A stretch of DNA of 64,000 nt from assembly GCA_964057225.1 (NCBI GenBank), contig OZ059896.1, positions 4,526,001 to 4,590,000 on the forward strand, in the 5' to 3' direction. The stretch is from Auanema rhodensis. Lineage: Eukaryota > Animalia > Nematoda. The position numbers and the translations under genes are program-made. Positions 1-15,000 of this stretch are shown in pieces. A model generated the notes under the pieces. That model was not told where the DNA came from. It did no database searches and saw only the letters and a program-made list of their open reading frames with translations. Every line of letters begins with the position of its first letter. Position 1 is the first letter of the stretch.

Positions 1-3000
1 CTTTCACGTGAAGCGAGTTACATACCAAGTGCACATCACGTGTACACTTAATTAGCATAAATTAAAGTTCACGTAAATTTCAAAGTCATGGTTACCATGC
101 ACCAATATCAATAAAAATTGGTTTTTAGACTAATATGGACATGGGGAATCTAATTTTGAAAACCGCATCTCTTTATCTTTCACGTGAAGCGAGTTACATA
201 CCAAGTGCACATCACGTGTACATTTAATTAGCATAAATTAAAGTTCACGTAAATTTCAAAGTCATGGTTACCATGCACCAATATTAATAAAAATTTGTTT
301 TTAGATTAATATGGACATGGGGAATCTAATTTTGAAAACCGCATCTAATTATCTTTCACGTGAAGCGAGTTACATACCAAGTGCACATCACGTGTACACT
401 TAATTAGCATAAATTAAAGTTCATGTAAATTTCAAAGTCATGGTTACCATGCACCAATATCAATAAAAATTGGTTTTTAGACTAATATGGACATGGGGAA
501 TCTAATTTTGAAAACCGCATCTCTTTATCTTTCACGTGAAGCGAGTTACATACCAAGTGCACATCACGTGTACATTTAATTAGCATAAATTAAAGTTCAC
601 GTAAATTTCAAAGTCATGGTTACCATGCACCAATATCAATAAAAATTTGTTTTTAGACTAATATGGACATGGGGAATCTAATTTTGAAAATCGCATCTCT
701 TTATCTTTCACGTGAAGCGAGTTACATACCAAGTGCACATCACGTGTACATTTAATTAGCATAAATTAAAGTTCACGTAAATTTCAAAGTCATGGTTACC
801 ATGAACCAATATCAATAAAAATTTGTTTTTAGACTAATATGGACATGGGGAATCTAATTTTGAAAATCGCATCTCTTTATCTTTCACGTGAAGCGAGTTA
901 CATATAAAGTGCACATCACGTGTACATTTAATTAGCATAAATTAAAGTTCACGTAAATTTCAAAGTCATGGTTACCATGCACCAATATTAATAAAAATTT
1001 GTTTTTAGATTAATATGGACATGGGGAATCTAATTTTGAAAACCGCATCTCTTTATCTTTCACGTGAAGCGAGTTACATACCAAGTGCACATCACGTGTA
1101 CATTTAATTAGCATAAATTAAAGTTCACGTAAATTTCAAAGTCATGGTTACCATGCACCAATATCAATAAAAATTCGTTTTTAGACTAATTTGGACATGG
1201 GGAATCTAATTTTGAAAACCGCATCTCTTTATCTTTCACGTGAAGCGAGTTACATACCAAGTGCACATCACGTGTACATTTAATTAGCATAAATTAAAGT
1301 TCACGTAAATTTCAAAGTCATGGTTACCATGCACCAATATCAATAAAAATTTGTTTTTAGATTAATATGGACATGGGGAATCTAATTTTGAAAACCGCAT
1401 CTATTTATCTTTCACGTGAAGCGAGTTACATACCAAGTGCACATCACGTGTACACTTAATTAGCATAAATTAAAGTTCATGTAAATTTCAAAGTCATGGT
1501 TACCATGCACCAATATCAATAAAAATTGGTTTTTAGACTAATATGGACATGGGGAATCTAATTTTGAAAACCGCATCTCTTTATCTTTCACGTGAAGCGA
1601 GTTACATACCAAGTGCACATCACGTGTACATTTAATTAGCATAAATTAAAGTTCACGTAAATTTCAAAGTCATGGTTACCATGCACCAATATCAATAAAA
1701 ATTTGTTTTTAGACTAATATGGACATGGGGAATCTAATTTTGAAAATCGCATCTCTTTATCTTTCACGTGAAGCGAGTTACATACCAAGTGCACATCACG
1801 TGTACATTTAATTAGCATAAATTAAAGTTCACGTAAATTTCAAAGTCATGGTTACCATGAACCAATATCAATAAAAATTTGTTTTTAGACTAATATGGAC
1901 ATGGGGAATCTAATTTTGAAAATCGCATCTCTTTATCTTTCACGTGAAGCGAGTTACATATAAAGTGCACATCACGTGTACATTTAATTAGCATAAATTA
2001 AAGTTCACGTAAATTTCAAAGTCATGGTTACCATGCACCAATATTAATAAAAATTTGTTTTTAGACTAATATGGACATGGGGAATCTAATTTTGAAAACC
2101 GCATCTCTTTATCTTTCACGTGAAGCGAGTTACATACCAAGTGCAGATCACGTGTACATTTAATTAGCATAAATTAAAGTTCACGTAAATTTCAAAGTCA
2201 TGGTTACCATGCACCAATATCAATAAAAATTCGTTTTTAGACTAATTTGGACATGGGGAATCTAATTTTGAAAACCGCATCTCTTTATCTTTCACGTGAA
2301 GCGAGTTACATACCGAGTGCACATCACGTGTACATTTAATTAGCATAAATTAAAGTTCACGTAAATTTCAAAGTCATGGTTACCATGAACCAATATCAAT
2401 AAAAATTTGTTTTTAGACTAATATGGACATGGGGAATCTAATTTTGAAAATCGCATCTCTTTATCTTTCACGTGAAGCGAGTTACATATAAAGTGCACAT
2501 CACGTGTACATTTAATTAGCATAAATTAAAGTTCACGTAAATTTCAAAGTCATGGTTACCATGAACCAATATCAATAAAAATTTGTTTTTAGACTAATAT
2601 GGACATGGGGAATCTAATTTTGAAAATCGCATCTCTTTATCTTTCACGTGAAGCGAGTTACATATAAAGTGCACATCACGTGTACATTTAATTAGCATAA
2701 ATTAAAGTTCACGTAAATTTCAAAGTCATGGTTACCATGCACCAATATTAATAAAAATTTGTTTTTAGACTAATATGGACATGGGGAATCTAATTTTGAA
2801 AATCGCATCTCTTTATCTTTCACGTGAAGCGAGTTACATACCAAGTGCACATCACGTGTACATTTAATTAGCATAAATTAAAGTTCACGTAAATTTCAAA
2901 GTCATGGTTACCATGAACCAATATCAATAAAAATTTGTTTTTAGACTAATATGGACATGGGGAATCTAATTTTGAAAATCGCATCTCTTTATCTTTCACG

Positions 3001-6000
3001 TGAAGCGAGTTACATACCAAGTGCACATCACGTGTACATTTAATTAGCATAAATTAAAGTTCACGTAAATTTCAAAGTCATGGTTACCATGAACCAATAT
3101 CAATAAAAATTTGTTTTTAGACTAATATGGACATGGGGAATCTAATTTTGAAAATCGCATTTCTTTATCTTTCACGTGAAGCGAGTTACATACCAAGTGC
3201 ACATCACGTGTACATTTAATTAGCATAAATTAAAGTTCACGTAAATTTCAAAGTCATGGTTACCATGCACCAATATCAATAAAAATTGGTTTTTAGACTA
3301 ATATGGACATGGGGAATCTAATTTTGAAAACCGCATCTCTTTATCTTTCACGTGAAGCGAGTTACATACCAAGTGCACATCACGTGTACATTTAATTAGC
3401 ATAAATTAAAGTTCACGTAAATTTCAAAGTCATGGTTACCATGCACCAATATCAATAAAAATTTGTTTTTAGACTAATATGGACATGGGGAATCTAATTT
3501 TGAAAATCGCATCTCTTTATCTTTCACGTGAAGCGAGTTACATACCAAGTGCACATCACGTGTACATTTAATTAGCATAAATTAAAGTTCACGTAAATTT
3601 CAAAGTCATGGTTACCATGAACCAATATCAATAAAAATTTGTTTTTAGACTAATATGGACATGGGGAATCTAATTTTGAAAATCGCATCTCTTTATCTTT
3701 CACGTGAAGCGAGTTACATACCAAGTGCACATCACGTGTACATTTAATTAGCATAAATTAAAGTTCACGTAAATTTCAAAGTCATGGTTACCATGCACCA
3801 ATATTAATAAAAATTTGTTTTTAGATTAATATGGACATGGGGAATCTAATTTTGAAAACCGCATCTCTTTATCTTTCACGTGAAGCGAGTTACATACCAA
3901 GTGCACATCACGTGTACACTTAATTAGCATAAATTAAAGTTCACGTAAATTTCAAAGTCATGGTTACCATGCACCAATATCAATAAAAATTGGTTTTTAG
4001 ACTAATATGGACATGGGGAATCTAATTTTGAAAACCGCATCTCTTTATCTTTCACGTGAAGCGAGTTACATACCAAGTGCACATCACGTGTACATTTAAT
4101 TAGCATAAATTAAAGTTCACGTAAATTTCAAAGTCATGGTTACCATGCACCAATATCAATAAAAATTCGTTTTTAGACTAATTTGGACATGGGGAATCTA
4201 ATTTTGAAAACCGCATCTCTTTATCTTTCACGTGAAGCGAGTTACATACCGAGTGCACATCACGTGTACATTTAATTAGCATAAATTAAAGTTCACGTAA
4301 ATTTCAAAGTCATGGTTACCATGAACCAATATCAATAAAAATTTGTTTTTAGACTAATATGGACATGGGGAATCTAATTTTGGAAACCGCATCTCTTTAT
4401 TTTTCACGTGAAGCGAGTTACATACCAAGTGCACATCACGTGTACATTTAATTAGCATAAATTAAAGTTCACGTAAATTTCAAAGTCATGGTTACCATGC
4501 ACCAATATCAATAAAAATTTGTTTTTAGACTAATATGGACATGGAGAATCTAATTTTGAAAATCGCATCTCTTTATCTTTCACGTGAAGCGAGTTACATA
4601 CCAAGTGCACATCACGTGTACATTTAATTAGCATAAATTAAAGTTCACGTAAATTTCAAAGTCATGGTTACCATGAACCAATATCAATAAAAATTTGTTT
4701 TTAGACTAATATGGACATGGGGAATCTAATTTTGAAAACCGCATCTCTTTATCTTTCACGTGAAGCGAGTTACATACCAAGTGCACATCACGTGTACACT
4801 TAATTAGCATAAATTAAAGTTCACGTAAATTTCAAAGTCATGGTTACCATGCACCAATATCAATAAAAATTGGTTTTTAGACTAATATGGACATGGGGAA
4901 TCTAATTTTGAAAACCGCATCTCTTTATCTTTCACGTGAAGCGAGTTACATACCAAGTGCACATCACGTGTACATTTAATTAGCATAAATTAAAGTTCAC
5001 GTAAATTTCAAAGTCATGGTTACCATGCACCAATATTAATAAAAATTTGTTTTTAGATTAATATGGACATGGGGAATCTAATTTTGAAAACCGCATCTAA
5101 TTATCTTTCACGTGAAGCGAGTTACATACCAAGTGCACATCACGTGTACACTTAATTAGCATAAATTAAAGTTCATGTAAATTTCAAAGTCATGGTTACC
5201 ATGCACCAATATCAATAAAAATTGGTTTTTAGACTAATATGGACATGGGGAATCTAATTTTGAAAACCGCATCTCTTTATCTTTCACGTGAAGCGAGTTA
5301 CATACCAAGTGCACATCACGTGTACATTTAATTAGCATAAATTAAAGTTCACGTAAATTTCAAAGTCATGGTTACCATGCACCAATATCAATAAAAATTT
5401 GTTTTTAGACTAATATGGACATGGGGAATCTAATTTTGAAAATCGCATCTCTTTATCTTTCACGTGAAGCGAGTTACATACCAAGTGCACATCACGTGTA
5501 CATTTAATTAGCATAAATTAAAGTTCACGTAAATTTCAAAGTCATGGTTACCATGAACCAATATCAATAAAAATTTGTTTTTAGACTAATATGGACATGG
5601 GGAATCTAATTTTGAAAATCGCATCTCTTTATCTTTCACGTGAAGCGAGTTACATATAAAGTGCACATCACGTGTACATTTAATTAGCATAAATTAAAGT
5701 TCACGTAAATTTCAAAGTCATGGTTACCATGCACCAATATTAATAAAAATTTGTTTTTAGATTAATATGGACATGGGGAATCTAATTTTGAAAACCGCAT
5801 CTCTTTATCTTTCACGTGAAGCGAGTTACATACCAAGTGCACATCACGTGTACATTTAATTAGCATAAATTAAAGTTCACGTAAATTTCAAAGTCATGGT
5901 TACCATGCACCAATATCAATAAAAATTCGTTTTTAGACTAATTTGGACATGGGGAATCTAATTTTGAAAACCGCATCTCTTTATCTTTCACGTGAAGCGA

Positions 6001-9000
6001 GTTACATACCAAGTGCACATCACGTGTACATTTAATTAGCATAAATTAAAGTTCACGTAAATTTCAAAGTCATGGTTACCATGCACCAATATCAATAAAA
6101 ATTTGTTTTTAGATTAATATGGACATGGGGAATCTAATTTTGAAAACCGCATCTATTTATCTTTCACGTGAAGCGAGTTACATACCAAGTGCACATCACG
6201 TGTACACTTAATTAGCATAAATTAAAGTTCATGTAAATTTCAAAGTCATGGTTACCATGCACCAATATCAATAAAAATTGGTTTTTAGACTAATATGGAC
6301 ATGGGGAATCTAATTTTGAAAACCGCATCTCTTTATCTTTCACGTGAAGCGAGTTACATACCAAGTGCACATCACGTGTACATTTAATTAGCATAAATTA
6401 AAGTTCACGTAAATTTCAAAGTCATGGTTACCATGCACCAATATCAATAAAAATTTGTTTTTAGACTAATATGGACATGGGGAATCTAATTTTGAAAATC
6501 GCATCTCTTTATCTTTCACGTGAAGCGAGTTACATACCAAGTGCACATCACGTGTACATTTAATTAGCATAAATTAAAGTTCACGTAAATTTCAAAGTCA
6601 TGGTTACCATGAACCAATATCAATAAAAATTTGTTTTTAGACTAATATGGACATGGGGAATCTAATTTTGAAAATCGCATCTCTTTATCTTTCACGTGAA
6701 GCGAGTTACATATAAAGTGCACATCACGTGTACATTTAATTAGCATAAATTAAAGTTCACGTAAATTTCAAAGTCATGGTTACCATGCACCAATATTAAT
6801 AAAAATTTGTTTTTAGACTAATATGGACATGGGGAATCTAATTTTGAAAACCGCATCTCTTTATCTTTCACGTGAAGCGAGTTACATACCAAGTGCAGAT
6901 CACGTGTACATTTAATTAGCATAAATTAAAGTTCACGTAAATTTCAAAGTCATGGTTACCATGCACCAATATCAATAAAAATTCGTTTTTAGACTAATTT
7001 GGACATGGGGAATCTAATTTTGAAAACCGCATCTCTTTATCTTTCACGTGAAGCGAGTTACATACCGAGTGCACATCACGTGTACATTTAATTAGCATAA
7101 ATTAAAGTTCACGTAAATTTCAAAGTCATGGTTACCATGAACCAATATCAATAAAAATTTGTTTTTAGACTAATATGGACATGGGGAATCTAATTTTGAA
7201 AATCGCATCTCTTTATCTTTCACGTGAAGCGAGTTACATATAAAGTGCACATCACGTGTACATTTAATTAGCATAAATTAAAGTTCACGTAAATTTCAAA
7301 GTCATGGTTACCATGAACCAATATCAATAAAAATTTGTTTTTAGACTAATATGGACATGGGGAATCTAATTTTGAAAATCGCATCTCTTTATCTTTCACG
7401 TGAAGCGAGTTACATATAAAGTGCACATCACGTGTACATTTAATTAGCATAAATTAAAGTTCACGTAAATTTCAAAGTCATGGTTACCATGCACCAATAT
7501 TAATAAAAATTTGTTTTTAGACTAATATGGACATGGGGAATCTAATTTTGAAAACCGCATCTCTTTATCTTTCACGTGAAGCGAGTTACATACCAAGTGC
7601 ACATCACGTGTACATTTAATTAGCATAAATTAAAGTTCACGTAAATTTCAAAGTCATGGTTACCATGCACCAATATCAATAAAAATTCGTTTTTAGACTA
7701 ATTTGGACATGGGGAATCTAATTTTGAAAACCGCATCTCTTTATCTTTCACGTGAAGCGAGTTACATACCGAGTGCACATCACGTGTACATTTAATTAGC
7801 ATAAATTAAAGTTCACGTAAATTTCAAAGTCATGGTTACCATGAACCAATATCAATAAAAATTTGTTTTTAGACTAATATGGACATGGGGAATCTAATTT
7901 TGAAAATCGCATCTCTTTATCTTTCACGTGAAGCGAGTTACATATAAAGTGCACATCACGTGTACATTTAATTAGCATAAATTAAAGTTCACGTAAATTT
8001 CAAAGTCATGGTTACCATGCACCAATATTAATAAAAATTTGTTTTTAGACTAATATGGACATGGGGAATCTAATTTTGAAAACCGCATCTCTTTATCTTT
8101 CACGTGAAGCGAGTTACATACCAAGTGCACATCACGTGTACATTTAATTAGCATAAATTAAAGTTCACGTAAATTTCAAAGTCATGGTTACCATGCACCA
8201 ATATCAATAAAAATTGGTTTTTAGACTAATATGGACATGGGGAATCTAATTTTGAAAACCGCATCTCTTTATCTTTCACGTGAAGCGAGTTACATACCAA
8301 GTGCACATCACGTGTACATTTAATTAGCATAAATTAAAGTTCACGTAAATTTCAAAGTCATGGTTACCATGCACCAATATCAATAAAAATTTGTTTTTAG
8401 ACTAATATGGACATGGGGAATCTAATTTTGAAAATCGCATCTCTTTATCTTTCACGTGAAGCGAGTTACATACCAAGTGCACATCACGTGTACATTTAAT
8501 TAGCATAAATTAAAGTTCACGTAAATTTCAAAGTCATGGTTACCATGAACCAATATCAATAAAAATTTGTTTTTAGACTAATATGGACATGGGGAATCTA
8601 ATTTTGAAAATCGCATCTCTTTATCTTTCACGTGAAGCGAGTTACATATAAAGTGCACATCACGTGTACATTTAATTAGCATAAATTAAAGTTCACGTAA
8701 ATTTCAAAGTCATGGTTACCATGCACCAATATTAATAAAAATTTGTTTTTAGACTAATATGGACATGGGGAATCTAATTTTGAAAACCGCATCTCTTTAT
8801 CTTTCACGTGAAGCGAGTTACATACCAAGTGCACATCACGTGTACATTTAATTAGCATAAATTAAAGTTCACGTAAATTTCAAAGTCATGGTTACCATGC
8901 ACCAATATCAATAAAAATTCGTTTTTAGACTAATTTGGACATGGGGAATCTAATTTTGAAAACCGCATCTCTTTATCTTTCACGTGAAGCGAGTTACATA

Positions 9001-12000
9001 CCGAGTGCACATCACGTGTACATTTAATTAGCATAAATTAAAGTTCACGTAAATTTCAAAGTCATGGTTACCATGAACCAATATCAATAAAAATTTGTTT
9101 TTAGACTAATATGGACATGGGGAATCTAATTTTGAAAATCGCATCTCTTTATCTTTCACGTGAAGCGAGTTACATATAAAGTGCACATCACGTGTACATT
9201 TAATTAGCATAAATTAAAGTTCACGTAAATTTCAAAGTCATGGTTACCATGCACCAATATTAATAAAAATTTGTTTTTAGACTAATATGGACATGGGGAA
9301 TCTAATTTTGAAAACCGCATCTCTTTATCTTTCACGTGAAGCGAGTTACATACCAAGTGCACATCACGTGTACATTTAATTAGCATAAATTAAAGTTCAC
9401 GTAAATTTCAAAGTCATGGTTACCATGCACCAATATCAATAAAAATTCGTTTTTAGACTAATTTGGACATGGGGAATCTAATTTTGAAAACCGCATCTCT
9501 TTATCTTTCACGTGAAGCGAGTTACATACCGAGTGCACATCACGTGTACATTTAATTAGCATAAATTAAAGTTCACGTAAATTTCAAAGTCATGGTTACC
9601 ATGCACCAATATCAATAAAAATTTGTTTTTAGACTAATATGGACATGGGGAATCTAATTTTGAAAATCGCATCTCTTTATCTTTCACGTGAAGCGAGTTA
9701 CATACCAAGTGCACATCACGTGTACATTTAATTAGCATAAATTAAAGTTCACGTAAATTTCAAAGTCATGGTTACCATGAACCAATATCAATAAAAATTT
9801 GTTTTTAGACTAATATGGACATGGGGAATCTAATTTTGAAAATCGCATCTCTTTATCTTTCACGTGAAGCGAGTTACATATAAAGTGCACATCACGTGTA
9901 CATTTAATTAGCATAAATTAAAGTTCACGTAAATTTCAAAGTCATGGTTACCATGCACCAATATTAATAAAAATTTGTTTTTAGACTAATATGGACATGG
10001 GGAATCTAATTTTGAAAACCGCATCTCTTTATCTTTCACGTGAAGCGAGTTACATACCAAGTGCACATCACGTGTACATTTAATTAGCATAAATTAAAGT
10101 TCACGTAAATTTCAAAGTCATGGTTACCATGCACCAATATCAATAAAAATTCGTTTTTAGACTAATTTGGACATGGGGAATCTAATTTTGAAAACCGCAT
10201 CTCTTTATCTTTCACGTGAAGCGAGTTACATACCGAGTGCACATCACGTGTACATTTAATTAGCATAAATTAAAGTTCACGTAAATTTCAAAGTCATGGT
10301 TACCATGAACCAATATCAATAAAAATTTGTTTTTAGACTAATATGGACATGGGGAATCTAATTTTGGAAACCGCATCTCTTTATTTTTCACGTGAAGCGA
10401 GTTACATACCAAGTGCACATCACGTGTACATTTAATTAGCATAAATTAAAGTTCACGTAAATTTCAAAGTCATGGTTACCATGCACCAATATCAATAAAA
10501 ATTTGTTTTTAGACTAATATGGACATGGGGAATCTAATTTTGAAAATCGCATCTCTTTATCTTTCACGTGAAGCGAGTTACATATAAAGTGCACATCACG
10601 TGTACATTTAATTAGCATAAATTAAAGTTCACGTAAATTTCAAAGTCATGGTTACCATGCACCAATATTAATAAAAATTTGTTTTTAGATTAATATGGAC
10701 ATGGGGAATCTAATTTTGGAAACCGCATCTCTTTATCTTTCACGTGAAGCGAGTTACATACCAAGTGCACATCACGTGTACATTTAATTAGCATAAATTA
10801 AAGTTCACGTAAATTTCAAAGTCATGGTTACCATGCACCAATATCAATAAAAATTTGTTTTTAGACTAATATGGACATGGAGAATCTAATTTTGAAAATC
10901 GCATCTCTTTATCTTTCACGTGAAGCGAGTTACATACCAAGTGCACATCACGTGTACATTTAATTAGCATAAATTAAAGTTCACGTAAATTTCAAAGTCA
11001 TGGTTACCATGAACCAATATCAATAAAAATTTGTTTTTAGACTAATATGGACATGGGGAATCTAATTTTGAAAACCGCATCTCTTTATCTTTCACGTGAA
11101 GCGAGTTACATACCAAGTGCACATCACGTGTACACTTAATTAGCATAAATTAAAGTTCACGTAAATTTCAAAGTCATGGTTACCATGCACCAATATCAAT
11201 AAAAATTGGTTTTTAGACTAATATGGACATGGGGAATCTAATTTTGAAAACCGCATCTCTTTATCTTTCACGTGAAGCGAGTTACATACCAAGTGCACAT
11301 CACGTGTACATTTAATTAGCATAAATTAAAGTTCACGTAAATTTCAAAGTCATGGTTACCATGCACCAATATTAATAAAAATTTGTTTTTAGATTAATAT
11401 GGACATGGGGAATCTAATTTTGAAAACCGCATCTATTTATCTTTCACGTGAAGCGAGTTACATACCAAGTGCACATCACGTGTACACTTAATTAGCATAA
11501 ATTAAAGTTCATGTAAATTTCAAAGTCATGGTTACCATGCACCAATATCAATAAAAATTGGTTTTTAGACTAATATGGACATGGGGAATCTAATTTTGAA
11601 AACCGCATCTCTTTATCTTTCACGTGAAGCGAGTTACATACCAAGTGCACATCACGTGTACACTTAATTAGCATAAATTAAAGTTCACGTAAATTTCAAA
11701 GTCATGGTTACCATGCACCAATATTAATAAAAATTTGTTTTTAGACTAATATGGACATGGGGAATCTAATTTTGAAAACCGCATCTCTTTATCTTTCACG
11801 TGAAGCGAGTTACATACCAAGTGCACATCACGTGTACATTTAATTAGCATAAATTAAAGTTCACGTAAATTTCAAAGTCATGGTTACCATGCACCAATAT
11901 CAATAAAAATTCGTTTTTAGACTAATTTGGACATGGGGAATCTAATTTTGAAAACCGCATCTCTTTATCTTTCACGTGAAGCGAGTTACATACCAAGTGC

Positions 12001-15000
12001 ACATCACGTGTACATTTAATTAGCATAAATTAAAGTTCACGTAAATTTCAAAGTCATGGTTACCATGCACCAATATCAATAAAAATTCGTTTTTAGACTA
12101 ATTTGGACATGGGGAATCTAATTTTGAAAACCGCATCTCTTTATCTTTCACGTGAAGCGAGTTACATACCGAGTGCACATCACGTGTACATTTAATTAGC
12201 ATAAATTAAAGTTCACGTAAATTTCAAAGTCATGGTTACCATGAACCAATATCAATAAAAATTTGTTTTTAGACTAATATGGACATGGGGAATCTAATTT
12301 TGGAAACCGCATCTCTTTATTTTTCACGTGAAGCGAGTTACATACCAAGTGCACATCACGTGTACATTTAATTAGCATAAATTAAAGTTCACGTAAATTT
12401 CAAAGTCATGGTTACCATGCACCAATATCAATAAAAATTTGTTTTTAGACTAATATGGACATGGGGAATCTAATTTTGAAAATCGCATCTCTTTATCTTT
12501 CACGTGAAGCGAGTTACATATAAAGTGCACATCACGTGTACATTTAATTAGCATAAATTAAAGTTCACGTAAATTTCAAAGTCATGGTTACCATGCACCA
12601 ATATTAATAAAAATTTGTTTTTAGATTAATATGGACATGGGGAATCTAATTTTGAAAACCGCATCTCTTTATCTTTCACGTGAAGCGAGTTACATACCAA
12701 GTGCACATCACGTGTACATTTAATTAGCATAAATTAAAGTTCACGTAAATTTCAAAGTCATGGTTACCATGCACCAATATCAATAAAAATTCGTTTTTAG
12801 ACTAATTTGGACATGGGGAATCTAATTTTGAAAACCGCATCTCTTTATCTTTCACGTGAAGCGAGTTACATACCAAGTGCACATCACGTGTACACTTAAT
12901 TAGCATAAATTAAAGTTCATGTAAATTTCAAAGTCATGGTTACCATGCACCAATATCAATAAAAATTGGTTTTTAGACTAATATGGACATGGGGAATCTA
13001 ATTTTGAAAACCGCATCTCTTTATCTTTCACGTGAAGCGAGTTACATACCAAGTGCACATCACGTGTACATTTAATTAGCATAAATTAAAGTTCACGTAA
13101 ATTTCAAAGTCATGGTTACCATGCACCAATATCAATAAAAATTCGTTTTTAGACTAAATTGGACATGGGGAATCTAATTTTGAAAACCGCATCTCTTTAT
13201 CTTTCACGTGAAGCGAGTTACATACCGAGTGCACATCACGTGTACATTTAATTAGCATAAATTAAAGTTCACGTAAATTTCAAAGTCATGGTTACCATGA
13301 ACCAATATCAATAAAAATTTGTTTTTAGACTAATATGGACATGGGAAATCTAATTTTGGAAACCGCATCTCTTTATTTTTCACGTGAAGCGAGTTACATA
13401 CCAAGTGCACATCACGTGTACATTTAATTAGCATAAATTAAAGTTCACGTAAATTTCAAAGTCATGGTTACCATGCACCAATATCAATAAAAATTTGTTT
13501 TTAGACTAATATGGACATGGGGAATCTAATTTTGAAAATCGCATCTCTTTATCTTTCACGTGAAGCGAGTTACATATAAAGTGCACATCACGTGTACATT
13601 TAATTAGCATAAATTAAAGTTCACGTAAATTTCAAAGTCATGGTTACCATGCACCAATATTAATAAAAATTTGTTTTTAGATTAATATGGACATGGGGAA
13701 TCTAATTTTGGAAACCGCATCTCTTTATCTTTCACGTGAAGCGAGTTACATACCAAGTGCACATCACGTGTACATTTAATTAGCATAAATTAAAGTTCAC
13801 GTAAATTTCAAAGTCATGGTTACCATGCACCAATATCAATAAAAATTTGTTTTTAGACTAATATGGACATGGAGAATCTAATTTTGAAAATCGCATCTCT
13901 TTATCTTTCACGTGAAGCGAGTTACATACCAAGTGCACATCACGTGTACATTTAATTAGCATAAATTAAAGTTCACGTAAATTTCAAAGTCATGGTTACC
14001 ATGAACCAATATCAATAAAAATTTGTTTTTAGACTAATATGGACATGGGGAATCTAATTTTGAAAACCGCATCTCTTTATCTTTCACGTGAAGCGAGTTA
14101 CATACCAAGTGCACATCACGTGTACACTTAATTAGCATAAATTAAAGTTCACGTAAATTTCAAAGTCATGGTTACCATGCACCAATATCAATAAAAATTG
14201 GTTTTTAGACTAATATGGACATGGGGAATCTAATTTTGAAAACCGCATCTCTTTATCTTTCACGTGAAGCGAGTTACATACCAAGTGCACATCACGTGTA
14301 CATTTAATTAGCATAAATTAAAGTTCACGTAAATTTCAAAGTCATGGTTACCATGCACCAATATTAATAAAAATTTGTTTTTAGATTAATATGGACATGG
14401 GGAATCTAATTTTGAAAACCGCATCTATTTATCTTTCACGTGAAGCGAGTTACATACCAAGTGCACATCACGTGTACACTTAATTAGCATAAATTAAAGT
14501 TCATGTAAATTTCAAAGTCATGGTTACCATGCACCAATATCAATAAAAATTGGTTTTTAGACTAATATGGACATGGGGAATCTAATTTTGAAAACCGCAT
14601 CTCTTTATCTTTCACGTGAAGCGAGTTACATACCAAGTGCACATCACGTGTACATTTAATTAGCATAAATTAAAGTTCACGTAAATTTCAAAGTCATGGT
14701 TACCATGCACCAATATCAATAAAAATTTGTTTTTAGACTAATATGGACATGGGGAATCTAATTTTGAAAATCGCATCTCTTTATCTTTCACGTGAAGCGA
14801 GTTACATACCAAGTGCACATCACGTGTACATTTAATTAGCATAAATTAAAGTTCACGTAAATTTCAAAGTCATGGTTACCATGAACCAATATCAATAAAA
14901 ATTTGTTTTTAGACTAATATGGACATGGGGAATCTAATTTTGGAAATCGCATCTCTTTATCTTTCACGTGAAGCGAGTTACATATAAAGTGCACATCACG

